Of a stretch of DNA of 64,000 nt, positions 14,018 to 31,676 are shown piece by piece; positions within the stretch are counted from its first letter, which is position 1; each line of letters starts with the position of its first letter. Made by a program: the position numbers and the translations under genes. The notes below the pieces were generated by a model. It saw only the letters and a program-made list of their open reading frames with translations, was not told the DNA's origin and ran no database searches. The DNA is from Amoebidium appalachense (taxonomy: Eukaryota; Protista; Ichthyosporea), in the NCBI GenBank assembly GCA_963693365.1, contig CAVNZM010000012.1, positions 3,162,001 through 3,226,000 of the forward strand, read 5' to 3'.

Positions 14018-14290
14018 CGTGTGTGAGAGAGTGTGTGTGTGGGGTGGGTGGGTGGGTGTAAATTTGTGTGGGTGTGGGTGTGTGTGTGTGTATTGTGTAG
14101 CGGTCTCCCTCACTCTGTGTTTGTGTGTTTGTGTGTGTGTGCGCGCAGAAACTCGAGAATCACATTATAATCCAGTAACTTTGTAGGCTGCACAGCATGT
14201 GTTCGCACGCACGTGCATGCATGCATGTGTCTGTCTGCGTGTGTGCGTGCCTCACCCGCGCGCAAATGCGCGCTTGTGCAACACCTTTGG

Positions 14291-14325
<35 letters not shown>

Positions 14326-15723
14326 GGGGGGGGGGTACGGTGGGAGGCTGGATGCATGGCACAGGTGAATGTATTCAAGTGCAGAGGTAACGGTGCATGC
14401 ATAGCACTTGTGAGGGAGAGGTTTGTGGGGGCGGAGCGGGAGGGGGGGGGGGGGGGGGGGGGGGGAGGGGTAAAGGGAGGGGACTGGGGAGCAGGGGGGA
14501 GGTAACGGGTGATCAAAGGTTATGGCGAAGGTTCACAGGGGTGGGGTGGGGTGGGGTGGGGTGGCGGGGGAAGGAGGGGGAGGACTAGGTATAGAGAGGG
14601 GATAGGTGGTGCTAACTGCATAAAAGTGTCTCCTTGCGCGTGTGTCCGTGTGTGTGTGTGGGGAGGGGGGGAGGGGGGAAGATGGGGGAGAGGGGGGGGG
14701 GGGGGGGGGAGGGGGGGGGGGGAGGGGAGGGGATGGGGGGGGGGGAGGGAGGGGGGAATGGGTGGGTGGGTTGGTGGGTAGGCCCTTTTCTTTTTTCTTT
14801 TTTTCTTTTTTTTTCTTTTTCTTTTTTTTTCTTTTTTTTTTTTTTTTTTTTTTTTTGGGGGGGGGGGGGGGAGGTAAGGGGCTCAACATGGTGATTACTG
14901 GTTTCTGGGAGACAACTTCTTCATATCGACTATTCCTTCTCCCTATCCCCCCTCCCCTGCTTCCTCGAACACATAGCAGAAAAATGTAACACAAAATGAA
15001 AATATGATGATCAGCACCGCTGACTCGGTTATGTTAGCCAATCACAAGCACGTGCACGACGCGCACCCGCGCGCGCGCGCACACACACACACAGAGAGAG
15101 AGAGAGATAGAATGGGTACAAATAAATGCGCACAAATGCACAGGCACACAGGCACACACATGAGTTAACCTATGCATACAAAGAAGACATACAAGGCGCA
15201 CCTAAGCACTAATTCTTATCTATTCCAAGGCTCCCGTTTCCAATTGCAACCTTTATATAGTTTGCACTGGTCATGAAGATTGTACAATGATGAAGTGTAA
15301 GGAACAATTTAACATCTCCCATGTTCAACAGGATATAAAGTTATAAACAATCACAAGGATGTTTTATTTTATTATTTAGTTATCTCGAAATTGTACGTAT
15401 GCTCGTATTTACTTGCATTTATTTACCGTGGAAATACACCAGGGACATATGAATATCTCTCATCAACATCCCGCAGGGATGTAATCAATATGCACAGAGT
15501 AGCCGTGGAACCAACAACTCACCTGCAAGCGGCCCCAACAGCTCGAGAAACAGAAACAAACACTTCTATACGACATTTCTCTTCATAAATTCTATAAACC
15601 AGTAGTGGTGACAACTAAACAACTTATTATGTTATTAAAGTTATTATGGTTCTTATGCTATGTTCGTTACACAGTCACTCACCAATTAAGCTATGATATG
15701 TATTGCCGGGCTAGTGAAAATAA

Positions 15724-17616
15724 CTAACACAGTGCCTGGGCAGATGGGGACCCAGCCATATTCTTGTTTGCGCCAGCGGCGCGGGTAGCCTCATCATAAG
15801 TGGGAATGAACAACTTGGGCTCATCCTCCGACTCCACGGACTCAGTATCAGCCTCAGGGGATTTCGTCTTCTCCTCGTTGTGGTTGCACTTCTCCTTTCC
15901 ACAGAACGAGCAACCCCGTGCAGCCGCCGACGGGAGAATGATAACCTTTTGCTGCTTACGACGGCGCCAGAAGCAAAGGCCAGCAAGGCAGCAAAGGAGA
16001 AGGGCTGCGGCTGCGGCAAGAGCAATAGCCACAATGACACCAACGCTCAACCCGCTGCTCTCGTTTGCAACTGTTTCCTGAGGTGCCGCCTGCGCCGCAG
16101 CCGAAACAATTTCGTTTTCGCGTGCCGGGGCCAACGCGGCGGCAACGGTTGTAGCGGCGACTACGGAAACCGGTGCGACCTGTGTGACGGCAACAGTGGG
16201 AATCATGGTGGCGGCCACAGGGGCTTGGGTTGGGGTAACAAGCATGGTGACCTTGGCAGTTTCGGTGTATGTCTGCGTAACGGTCGCCGCTGGCGCTTCC
16301 CCAACGATTGATGACTGGGGGAGGGAGGAAACGGGGGTTGGCTGAGCCTCGAGAAGGGGTGCTGGGTAGCTGCACGTAGAGTCGTGGATGGTGGGGACGG
16401 GCTTGCTAAGGAAGCGGCTGAAACCAAGAGAGCGAAGAGCCGTCTTAACGTCGGCGGCATACTTGTTGGCGTAGGTGGTGGGATCACGAGCGAGCACGAA
16501 GAGCGACATGTGGAATGGGCCGCTGACAATCGCCCATTCGTATTGGTTCTTGACCACGGGACCGACGGCAACCACCCACTGGGACCTAACGGCACAACTT
16601 TCAGGCATTGGGCCATCGTATTGCACACGAATCTTTCCGGGGGCGCGTGGGGTAGCGGTTCCCTCAATTATCTGGGGGATATTGTCGGTCACATCCTGCA
16701 TGCTGTTGCGAACGAGGAAGTTGCCATCGCCCTTGTTAGCGTAGTCGGTAACGACACACTTGGAATCCCTCTCAAACGTCCAGCGGGCGAACCGGCTGGA
16801 GGCAACCTGATACCACCGGCCCATGTACTGGTCCATGTTAAGTTCGCTGACCGTCGGGGGAGGGGCGAGGGGACCCAACCCGTTCATCTGTCCGAATTTC
16901 TGCATGTTGTCGGCGGCGGCTTCGGACGCCAAATTCATCGTCTTCACAACGTCGCACATGGTGTCGGCGACGTTCACTGGGGTGATTTTCTCCACGTGAA
17001 GGAACATGTCGCCAAAGTTGCCCTCGATGACCTCCACCTGCTTGTGCACAGACTCGCGCACGTCTTCGTTCACGTTGCCGGCGAGGCCTTGCATGGTCTT
17101 GATGATGCTGGAAACGTCGTTGAAAAACTCTCCCGACTCGCCGGTAAACACGGGCTTAGTCTCGGGCACTGGCTGCGGCTGCGGGTTGAAGGGAAACGTG
17201 TCGTGTTGGGGCATAGCAAAAGGGTCCTCGGTGGCTATCGGCATAGCCATAGGTGACGCGGCAAGGGGATCAACAGCAACCGCAACAGGAGGGTTAATAG
17301 GCCGCACACTTCCAAAGTCAGGAGCGGCGTTACCAGCCTGAGGCACGATACCGAACGAACTCATCAAAGAGTCGACAAAGTTTGCGGGCTGGCTTCCGAC
17401 CTGACGCATGATGTCGTCAGTCAGGTCTGAGAGGGGGGCTGGGATGATGGCATTGGGATCATTTGCGTCCATTCCTTGGCCACCCATGTCAAACGCTGGG
17501 GCAGGCGCCATGATTGGGTTAGCTTCGGTGACTACAGGGGGCTGAGGGAAGCCGGGCATCCCGGCGCCGGCGGCGGTGCCCGCGGCCCCAAGGGCGATGA
17601 TGGAAGAGTACTTCAT
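15724..17616 (-). CDS. Type I membrane protein with lipocalin ectodomain, paralog B (intronless, 630 aa)
   Basis: Signal peptide MKYSSIIALGAAGTAAG. Lipocalin motifs ELNMDQYMGRWYQVAS, CVVTDY and WVVAVGP..NQYEWAIVSGPFHMSLFVLARDP. T/A/V/P-rich stalk, TM VGVIVAIALAAAAALLLCCLAGLCFW plus RRRK, and a cytoplasmic tail with GCSFCGKEKCNH. Confidence 0.92.
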   Translation of the reverse strand: MKYSSIIALGAAGTAAGAGMPGFPQPPVVTEANPIMAPAPAFDMGGQGMDANDPNAIIPAPLSDLTDDIMRQVGSQPANFVDSLMSSFGIVPQAGNAAPDFGSVRPINPPVAVAVDPLAASPMAMPIATEDPFAMPQHDTFPFNPQPQPVPETKPVFTGESGEFFNDVSSIIKTMQGLAGNVNEDVRESVHKQVEVIEGNFGDMFLHVEKITPVNVADTMCDVVKTMNLASEAAADNMQKFGQMNGLGPLAPPPTVSELNMDQYMGRWYQVASSRFARWTFERDSKCVVTDYANKGDGNFLVRNSMQDVTDNIPQIIEGTATPRAPGKIRVQYDGPMPESCAVRSQWVVAVGPVVKNQYEWAIVSGPFHMSLFVLARDPTTYANKYAADVKTALRSLGFSRFLSKPVPTIHDSTCSYPAPLLEAQPTPVSSLPQSSIVGEAPAATVTQTYTETAKVTMLVTPTQAPVAATMIPTVAVTQVAPVSVVAATTVAAALAPARENEIVSAAAQAAPQETVANESSGLSVGVIVAIALAAAAALLLCCLAGLCFWRRRKQQKVIILPSAAARGCSFCGKEKCNHNEEKTKSPEADTESVESEDEPKLFIPTYDEATRAAGANKNMAGSPSAQALC

Positions 17617-19287
17617 GGTGTTGAAGTTGATCTATCTATGTGAAGAATAGGAAAGTAAAGCAAACGAGAAGGTAGATTCTTGGCTCTTAGCTCTCGAGGT
17701 CTCCAACAGCGGCCTGCGTGGATTTTAAAACGCAAAGAGGTGTGTGCTTGTTTTCTTCTGGTGTGTATATCAAGGCTTCTCTATGCTTCTGCGCAAATTA
17801 CAACTCGCTGGGGCAGGGTTAGCCTTGTGCCTTTGTCTGCTCCTTTAGTGTTTGTCGTTGGGAAAAACAGCGCGAGTGCACAAAGGATGGTGATTGTTTG
17901 CATTTTATACTGTGACGTTGTGTATATTTTATCCACTTATCCGCCGTAGCCAATCGCATGGGCTCTTGGCATTCTTGCTTTTGAGCTCATGTCCCCGTAT
18001 ACCTACCCGCAGAAGTGGTCAATTTTGAACCGCATGCCTTTGATGATAAGATGTAATGTTAGCAGAAATATATATAAATACTGTATCAGATCTAGTAAAT
18101 TATAGTAATTTAAGGCTAATAATCAACGATTTTTCTATATTCACAGTGCTTTTGCTTGCATATGTGGACCTTGTTCTTGCCAAGCTCACACCGTCCGCCC
18201 TTCAACGTGAATTCGAAGGCCCAAAAATTCATCAGATTACTAGAACTAGTGACTTGAGACTCTGTCTGACAAGATTTCAAATCACCGTCACCGTTACCAC
18301 TTTCCACAGAGCAATAATCAAACATCAGCAGTAATTAGGTTTTTATTTATTATTAAGCTAGTTATAGACATAAACCTCACATTCATTACGATGCATGTCA
18401 TTCAGATACCGTTTATCCGACGTTCGAAATTTCACAATAATTCTGGACCAGATCTAGAAGGTTTAAGTGAGCAATTTGGGCGGGAAAATAATCCAATCCG
18501 ATTGGAGAACATTCAGTGCACTGTGGAGGGCAAAATGTGTCGGTTCGCGGACATACCCCAAATGTGGTGGCACAGTTGAACTTTCTTAGGAATAGGGTTG
18601 TGCTCATATAAATGCTGCGTTTATCCACAAAAAAACTAATATTCGGCGTATATTAATGTTTTATGATTGTTCTATGGTGCCTATAACACGCTTAAATACC
18701 ATAATAAAGTCGAACTCCAGCGCAATCTGTGAATACTTTGTGGCGACACAGCGCATTCTTTGCTGATCTCTAGGTGGAAACCCCCCTATTCAGTGGTTAC
18801 CAGAAATGTATACACAGCAAAAGCCAAGACCAAACCCTTGGAGGGAAAACAAAACAATAACACTAAAGTAAAGGAAAGTTGCCTAACAGCAATGCATTTT
18901 ACGAGGCTACTACTCTAAATCGTAACTAATGCGGGCTGCTCGCGGCCCGAGCCTTCGAGAGGTGGGCCGGCGGCGAAGCTGATTGGTGGGTGCTGTTGCG
19001 TCCAATAGTTTTGCGAGGGGATTCCCCCTGTCCCCAAGGGCCTGAGGCCAAGGCAGGAAGCTCACTGGCTCAGCCGCCGGATCGCCTGGCACCTAGTGCC
19101 TGGGGGTGCCACGGAAAGTGCAGTGACAACTTGTTGACGGCGTCGATTCGAGCCGGTCTGATGTCGCGTCGACGCCGACTCGGCGGGTGGGTGGTTGGGT
19201 GGGGGGGAGGGGGAAGGGCTTGGGGGAAAAAAACCTGGGAGGGGCGGGGGGAGGGGGGGGGGGGGGGGGGGGAGGGGAGGGGGGAAC

Positions 19288-19372
<85 letters not shown>

Positions 19373-19435
19373 AAAACGTATGTGTAAAACGTGTGTTCGT
19401 GTGTGTTCGTGTGTGTGTTTGTGTGTGTATGTATA

Positions 19436-19493
<58 letters not shown>

Positions 19494-20160
19494 CGTGCGT
19501 GTCTGGGTGGTGGGGGTGGTGGACCAGGTGGTGCTGGTGGTGGTTTGTGGGTGGTGGTGGTGGTGATGGTGGTTGTGGGGTGGGGGGGGGGGGGGGGGGG
19601 GGGAGAAGGGGGGGGGAGGGAGGGGGGGGGGGGGGGGGGGGCGGGGGGGGGGAGGGGGGAGGCAGCAGCCCAATTACTTGACATCACACACACCTGCCAT
19701 CTACTGAGATGGCTCCTTAATTTTCCTTACACATTCAGCGAACACTGGACTCTATCGAACCGTCGAGGCGCCGCGACAGAAAGCATGCACGCGGTCGCTA
19801 GAGTTAAGGAAAAATCGGAAGCGAACGTAAAGTTCATCGCAGCGCGTGCACACCGTCAGTACGTGTGAGCACACACACACACACGTGCCACAAATGCACT
19901 CACATCGTCAAGCACGTACACGCATATACATACACACGTCATGTTTTCAATACACATTCATTGGTGGGTACGGAGGCACAAACACACAGCTTGAACACAA
20001 TGCGACACATAAACGAACGCACGCCCATGTGTGCAGGTACACGCACGCGCACGCACGCACTACGTCACACACACATACACACACACACACACACACATGC
20101 ACACACGCACGCACACGCACACACACACACACGCACGCACACACACACACACACACACGA

Positions 20161-20194
<34 letters not shown>

Positions 20195-20245
20195 TAGCCA
20201 GGCTGGCACACACGTACAAGCCCACACACACACACGTACACACAT

Positions 20246-20282
<37 letters not shown>

Positions 20283-20368
20283 ACTCACACGCACATGCAC
20301 ACGCACACACATGCCTACACATGTACGGGTACACACACAAATACACACCCGTACAGTGTCACACACAC

Positions 20369-20435
<67 letters not shown>

Positions 20436-20583
20436 TCATGCATTTCCAGAGTCAAAAAACACGATGTTTACGCGTACAACACACAGTGTCACCCGAGACA
20501 AACCGTAAGTCGAATGCCGCATGTGTCACACAGTGTCATATACAATGTTGCAACAGTACCACAAATTTCAAACAAACGCAGCG

Positions 20584-20625
<42 letters not shown>

Positions 20626-20628
20626 ACG

Positions 20629-20667
<39 letters not shown>

Positions 20668-20853
20668 GACACAGAGACACACACATCCCGTAAGCACGAT
20701 CAAGATGCCCCAATAGATATATATGAAGCACGATCGGAGGGGACGAAAATCAAATAGGGTAAAGAAGAAGGGAGAGGTGCATTTGAGGGAGCAGCAGGGG
20801 TCAGTGGGTGAGTGGGTGGGTGGTGGGGGTGGGGTGGGTGGGTGGGGGGAGAG

Positions 20854-20889
<36 letters not shown>

Positions 20890-21689
20890 CTTGGTTCACA
20901 TGGGGTGGAAAGGAGGCCCCACCAACCCACCGAACAAGTGAGCCACTCCGCACCCCACCTCAGGCTACAGTTGGTTCTGAGAGGGGAAGGGAGAGTCGGC
21001 AAGAGAGGACTCGCCATCTCCCCGAGCAGCCCCCTCTCTCTCTCCCCCCCTCCCCCCCCCCCCCCTTCCCCCCCTTCCCCCCAACACACATACACACACA
21101 ACCCACCACAACCAACACCATTACTACCATTAACACCCCACCCCTTACGAGGGGTGGATATTGATCACTCTCAATATTTTCTACTGCCTCCCTCCACATG
21201 TACATTTCATGAAACCCGACAATGTCAGCATGTTAGAGCATTAATAGCACTTAGTCTACTGTTCGTTCCTCGGGCTCGGCACTGCATGTTCACGCTTTTA
21301 TCCCTTATTGCAAATTCAATTGAATAGCTACTGGATTACTTAACCAAATATACCGAATTTCCAGATTTGAGCATCGGTCTGCTTATTAAAGATGGGCTTA
21401 GACATTACTGTTAGTAAATGATAGGCTTTGGGGAGCAGCTCCCCTCCCAATTTGAAAGACGAAGCCCGGGTGTATAGTAAGGAATTATGATAAAAATTGT
21501 AAAAACAAAATCCAAGTTTTGTGCATGCATGTGGCCACTCAGCCTCAAGATAACAGGCATTCGTAATTAGAACAAAGCATTAGAACATAGGTTCCAGAAC
21601 ATTGGTTTTGAACTGGTTAGGCTGTATGGTTCATATTTTTTACCGATCCCCCAAACCCCCCTCCCCCCCCCCCCCCCCCCCCCCCTCCG

Positions 21690-22260
21690 CGTGCAGTTTT
21701 GTCAGCTGTCTGCGCGACAAATTCTTGACAGGCAGCCATAGCGTGATGGATGGTGGAGTCTTGCAGAGTTCTGGCAGTCGTGAAGTTTTGGCAGCGTCAG
21801 AGTGTGGAAGCGTGGAGAAGGAAAGAAACGAGAAGCGCGCTGCTGTAGTTCGTCTACTACTGCAGATGTCGTGCGCCATGAGTTCTTGCGCAGTGGAAGA
21901 GCAAGATCCAAAAAGTCTGCTACCATCTAAAGAATGGAAAGACACTGTGAACAGTATGTTTCAGTGGTCCGTTTCGAGACTTGCCAGACTGACCTTCCGA
22001 GGTCTGTCTACCGTGTTTTATTTGCAGGTGGATAGACATCAAGATATCAGCGTGGATGGATCCACCAATGTGAATATCTGTTTCGCTTATCGGCGAGTGG
22101 TCGACGAGTGCTCATCAGCACAAGGGCATTGAATCCTCTTTCCTATTGGCTTCGTTAATATTGTTGTGGTGGCCAATGGCAAGGGATTTCCTACATTCTC
22201 CGATTGAGAATCTACAGATTACTACGCTGCGGGGACTGAGCTCGGGGACTGCGGCAACAA
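21690..22260 (+). mobile_element. Possible degenerate hAT-like transposase fragment
   Basis: HQDISVDGSTNVNICFAYRRVV resembles the hAT first catalytic Asp motif (S-I/L-x-x-DESTD...RYV). After an in-frame TGA the same frame gives PIGFVNIVVVANGKG, resembling hAT FLGFV.v....G. Stops present; no TIRs identified. Confidence 0.3.
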
Positions 22261-22288
22261 AAAAAAAAAAAAAAAAAAAAAAAAAGAA

Positions 22289-22334
<46 letters not shown>

Positions 22335-22921
22335 CAGGGAGACAGTACTCAGATCGAGCGCCTGACTACTGTACAGATTTCTTGTCCGACATTTGGCCGA
22401 CGGTACGAGGCTAATTTGTCTCAGTACTTCATGAATCTTATGCTAATTAGCCTGGCCAACTATACGTATCATATTCGAATTTCATGTGTGCGTCACACCC
22501 ATGTGTCCATGGCACACACCCAGGTATCTATTCATTATATTGCAAGGGGCCACACTCATGCCGGGCTGATCCGTGTACACTGTAAAGTTTTGATTGTCAC
22601 AAGGCATACGAACGCGGGATGACGGTAGTTGTGGTCACTTACGTAAGCACATCATGATCACTGAGTCCCCCCCCCCCCCCCCCCCCCCCACCCCCCTCCC
22701 CCCCCCTACATATTTAAAGATGGCAAAGCACCTAGGTATTGACGGTATACGTGTTAGAGTCTGTATTATGATGTTTACTTGGGACCTGTTTAAAACCGCG
22801 AAAACGTTCTTGTCCGTATAATTTGTGAACTTCACATCATCGATCAGAATAAAGCCTTGATGTCGAGGCGCGTACACTGTGAAACACACACACACGCATG
22901 CACGCGCGTACGCGCGTGCGG

Positions 22922-23128
<207 letters not shown>

Positions 23129-23831
23129 TGACATACTGTTGTTTTGTACGGGAGCAGAGTGCACAGAGGTGTCATGTAAAACACGACCAACACAATAAAG
23201 ATAGGGCAATCGGAGTTGTTCACGACACTTGAAAGATTTCAACAACAACTAACTTTTATTGTCCTCTCGGGCCTTTTTGTACTGGCCATTTATCATCTTA
23301 TCTCAACTAAAAGAAGAGAACCAATCGGTTCCTTCAGATGATAGAAAAATGCATTCCAACAGAGCATGCGCATTCCAACTTCCGACACAACTAAAGCTTC
23401 GAAACTCTTAGTTAAATAACTTAAGTAAATTATACAACTTGTCACGATTAATACACATATATATTTATACTCGTCTCTATAAAGAAACTCATCTAAATAC
23501 ATATACTTCCCGTAGTCGAAACTCTCAAAGCGAAGACACATCATGATAAAACGAATTCCAAACATATCTAATGTGTCCAATCATAACACGTATATTATTA
23601 GACAGGAATGCACATCACGATCTATAGATGTACTCACTCGCGTCTATTGGTGAGTCATCCTACTTTAAACTAAAACAAAGACAACGAATATAGCTAGCCA
23701 ATCACACTACTCTCAGTAAAACAGAGGAGAGCAAACACAGATAAAATGCAATAAGTCCTATCAGGCAAGGCAGCCAGGTGTGCACAGATCTACAGATATC
23801 CGTGCACACAGAAACAAGGGAGAGAGGGATA

Positions 23832-23872
<41 letters not shown>

Positions 23873-24088
23873 GACTTGAGCAAAAGGGAGAGAAGGGGGA
23901 GAGCACAAAGAAGAAGAGCAGACACGAATACAAACAAGGCTAAGACACACACACATACTTCAAGACTCTTGCTGTACTACGTAGTGACGTATTCCAACAC
24001 CCCCCCCATCCCCCCACCCCCCCCCTTCACCCCTCGCCCCTCTGGCAAACACGCACAAACTTCTGTGATCATTATCGTTCACAATCAG

Positions 24089-28299
<4,211 letters not shown>

Positions 28300-29425
28300 T
28301 CTTGGCATCATGTGACCTGCAATGATTGCTATCTTATCACAGGGCCGAAATGTAAGCACTATTTCTGGAATTTGAAATTTTATTTGTAGAATAGGGCCTC
28401 TAAGTTTTGCTGATAGTATTTATTTTCAAGTTGATATGATCATTAGTAGTGCAATGTACATTCATATAAATCGCGGTGAAACGGGTTGAGCAGAGTAACT
28501 CACCGTTGAACCTGTTTTCGTAAACATGATTGTCCCTGCATACAATGATAATTTTCAGATTTGTATTTCCACATATGTTTTTAAAACGGTTACCAAGTAT
28601 GGAGCTTCGGTGTTTGTGATCGATGAATAAAACGCGGTGAAAGCAGCTGCAAAAGATTGCCCCCCCCCCCCCCCCCCCCCTCCCCCCCTCCCCCCCCCTC
28701 CACCCCCCCCCCCCCCCCCCCGGTTCTTCCTCCCCCCCCTTCCGCCAACCACCACCAATACCACCACCCATGCACTGTACGCAAGCGCACACCCACACCC
28801 ACAAACACACAACCACACGCACGCGCACACACACACAGTGTCGCACACGTGCTCGCGAACAAGCGCGCACATTGGCATATGAAATTGCGGTGTCAAATTA
28901 AGCATTCGCTCGCAGGGCCCGTTTTATTCTGTTTCATTCTCCATGCTTTTCTCGTTAAGATCTGTTGCTAAGTTGTGAATGAGGTAGAGGGTATAGAGAG
29001 CGGCGTCAGCGGAGTAACAACTGGTGCCTTAGGGGCAGGGGTTTGCGGATAAGGGGTGTGGTCCTGTGCCCCTTTCTTTCTGTCACAGTGTGTGTGTGCA
29101 TGTGTGCGCGGTGGTGGTGGTGGTAATGGGAGAGGGGCGAGGGGGGCGGGAGGGGGTTGGGGGGGGAGGGGGGGGGGGGGGAGGGGAGGGGGGGGGAGGG
29201 TGGGTTTTTGTTAAGGGGGAGGGGGGGGGGGGGAGCATGAGGTGGAAGGCAGTGGAATGAAAAGCTAGGGGAGTGTTTTCTTTTGTGGTCACAGGTAAGG
29301 GCCAGCGCTGGGGGTGGGGGTGGGGGGGGGGGGGGGGGGGGGGGGGGGGATAGGGAAGGGTTGATGACAAACCCACGAATCTTGGAAAAACCCAAATGGC
29401 AGAAAGAGAAGGAGGGGGAGGGGGA

Positions 29426-29460
<35 letters not shown>

Positions 29461-29815
29461 CTGTCGGACTTTCCATTCTCTATTCTTACCTCCGCCGCCC
29501 CGTGCAAAAACAAATGCTTGAGAAGCTTAAAAGAATATTTCATTTTTATTTTATCCCGTTTTGTTCCCGGAGGGACCTCTTGGGCCCTCAGGGCGAACTA
29601 CCGTCTTCCACCCAGCACCGACAGTACTCTAGCTCGGGTGCTACGGTATTATTAGCTATGCTAACACACCTTTAAACAGTCCTAACTATTTGCACACACT
29701 GAAAGAATATTTCACGTATGGTTTTTTCTAGAGGGAGAGAGAGTGTGTGTGTGTGTCGGGGGGGAGGGGGGAGGGGGGAGAGGGGGAAAAGGAGGGAGGG
29801 ATCGAGGGAGGTGAA

Positions 29816-29858
<43 letters not shown>

Positions 29859-29947
29859 GGAGAGGGAGCTCAAGAGAGAGACTCGGGGGGGGGGGGGGGG
29901 GGGGGGGGGACGACAAGAGAGAGATGAGAGAGAGAGAGAGAGAGATG

Positions 29948-30012
<65 letters not shown>

Positions 30013-30013
30013 A

Positions 30014-30044
<31 letters not shown>

Positions 30045-30078
30045 TGACAAGAGAGAGAGAGGGGGGGGGGGGGGGGGG

Positions 30079-30110
<32 letters not shown>

Positions 30111-30965
30111 TTAGTAATGTACATGCCGAACCATGTTTTTCAAGTTCAAACCAAATGTGGCTATGTTCTTAGCATCAATGTTTCAATTCATGAATCTATT
30201 AATATTAGCTAAGCATTTGTAAACCACCACATGAATTTAAGTGTTCCCCCCAAAATCCTTCCCTTGCCAATATTAGATCCATGAATGGCAGCCGCAGCAA
30301 CCCCCCCAGCCTCCCCAATACTTGATTATAGTCACTGTACACGTACTGTGATGTGGTTCACAGTGTGTACCATGCATGAGTATCTGGGTCACAAGTTGCG
30401 GCTGAATATGATTTGAAATTAGGGAAGAGACTCTCTGGTGGGTGCACGTGGGCGGGACAAGGGGGGGGGGGGGGGGGGGGGGGGGGGGAGCCACAGGGGG
30501 GGAGAGGGGTACCGGTGGGGGGATGGGTAAATGTGGGTGTACATGTGTGAGTGTATGTGTCTGTGTGTGTTTGTGCTTGTTGTGTCACAGCGTGTGTGTA
30601 CAGTGTGTCAGTGTGTACTTGAGTGCGTGTGCGTGCGTGGGAGGGGGGTGGGGGGTGGCCCTGGTGGGGCGGGGGGGGGGGGGGGGGGGAGGGGGGGGGG
30701 GGGGGGGGGAGGGGTAACCACACGCTCTGCCGAAGTGCTGTCCGAAGTTTCGATAATACGCCCCCACCCACCGCACAACCCATCTTGTGGCCTTCACCGA
30801 GCTGCATGCACTAGTGCCGGGCACGGCCAGTCACCGTATGAATATTATAAAAAAAATAGCCACGCACGTCCGTGCGTGACACTGACATGTACTGGCGGTT
30901 CACGTGGCCATGGCGCACTTTGGAAAGGAAGGATTTCCCGCCAAATTTCGAAACATCAGTCGTCA

Positions 30966-31023
30966 TGGTGTTTCTAGATGGCCGTGGGAGTCGCGTGGCC
31001 GTGGTGTTTCTAGATGGCCGTGG
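30966..31023. repeat. 22-bp direct repeat upstream of the beta-helix gene
   Basis: tggtgtttctagatggccgtgg at 30966-30987 and 31002-31023. Confidence 0.8.
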
Positions 31024-31676
31024 TCGTCATGTACTTACCCTTCGTTCTTAGCCGTGTCTGTCTGTGCGTCAGCAAGATTAATAATGTGCGCTTTGATACA
31101 TGTATTTTCGTTTTGTCTACACGGTCTATATTTCGTATTATCTCGGACACACAGCTGCAGGCGCAGTGACTTCGCCAAGCCCATTTTATTTCCTTTGCTA
31201 TGCGCGTTGCGCAACCGTAATCTGAGTCATCTAAATTCCATCCTAAATGAGAAATCCTATTATTTGTCTATATTTAGAACTACCAATCAGAGCTGATCTT
31301 CAATAGTTGGTTCTTTTTCTCGTGCAGTCAGTGGATTCCTTTTTGCGGTGTTTATGGTTTGGCAATACCTGTTGATCAAAACTCTGTTCAAAACAAATTT
31401 GAGAAAACTCCTCGGGGGAGACACAAATAAATAGCAAGGCCCATCGAGCGGTTTCGAGAACTGTTTCGCCGAGTCACACACCGACATCATTGTACAATGG
31501 TGTACTGAACACAACCCATCCCCCTCTCCATCAACAACTCACACCTATCAGTTGTTAAACTCATGCTTACCGATTTTTTCAGGGAAACATTTCATTTATA
31601 CTACTAAGTAGCCTAAAGCCAACAGCGTCGTAACACTTTCTTTGGTGTGCGAGCAAACATATTACAGCCTGCAAAC

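Noticed and set aside
16384-17256. Long antisense ORFs over real genes (also 37246-38094, 31796-32653, 8772-9344)
   Set aside because: Shadows of GC-rich codon usage on the opposite strand; no domain features.
18391-18579. EQFGRENNPIRLENIQCT resembles the SRCR motif FGxGxGPIWLDxVxC and could be an RTK ectodomain exon
   Set aside because: Lacks the conserved Trp/Gly and other SRCR cysteines, ends in a stop, and has no supporting neighbouring exons.
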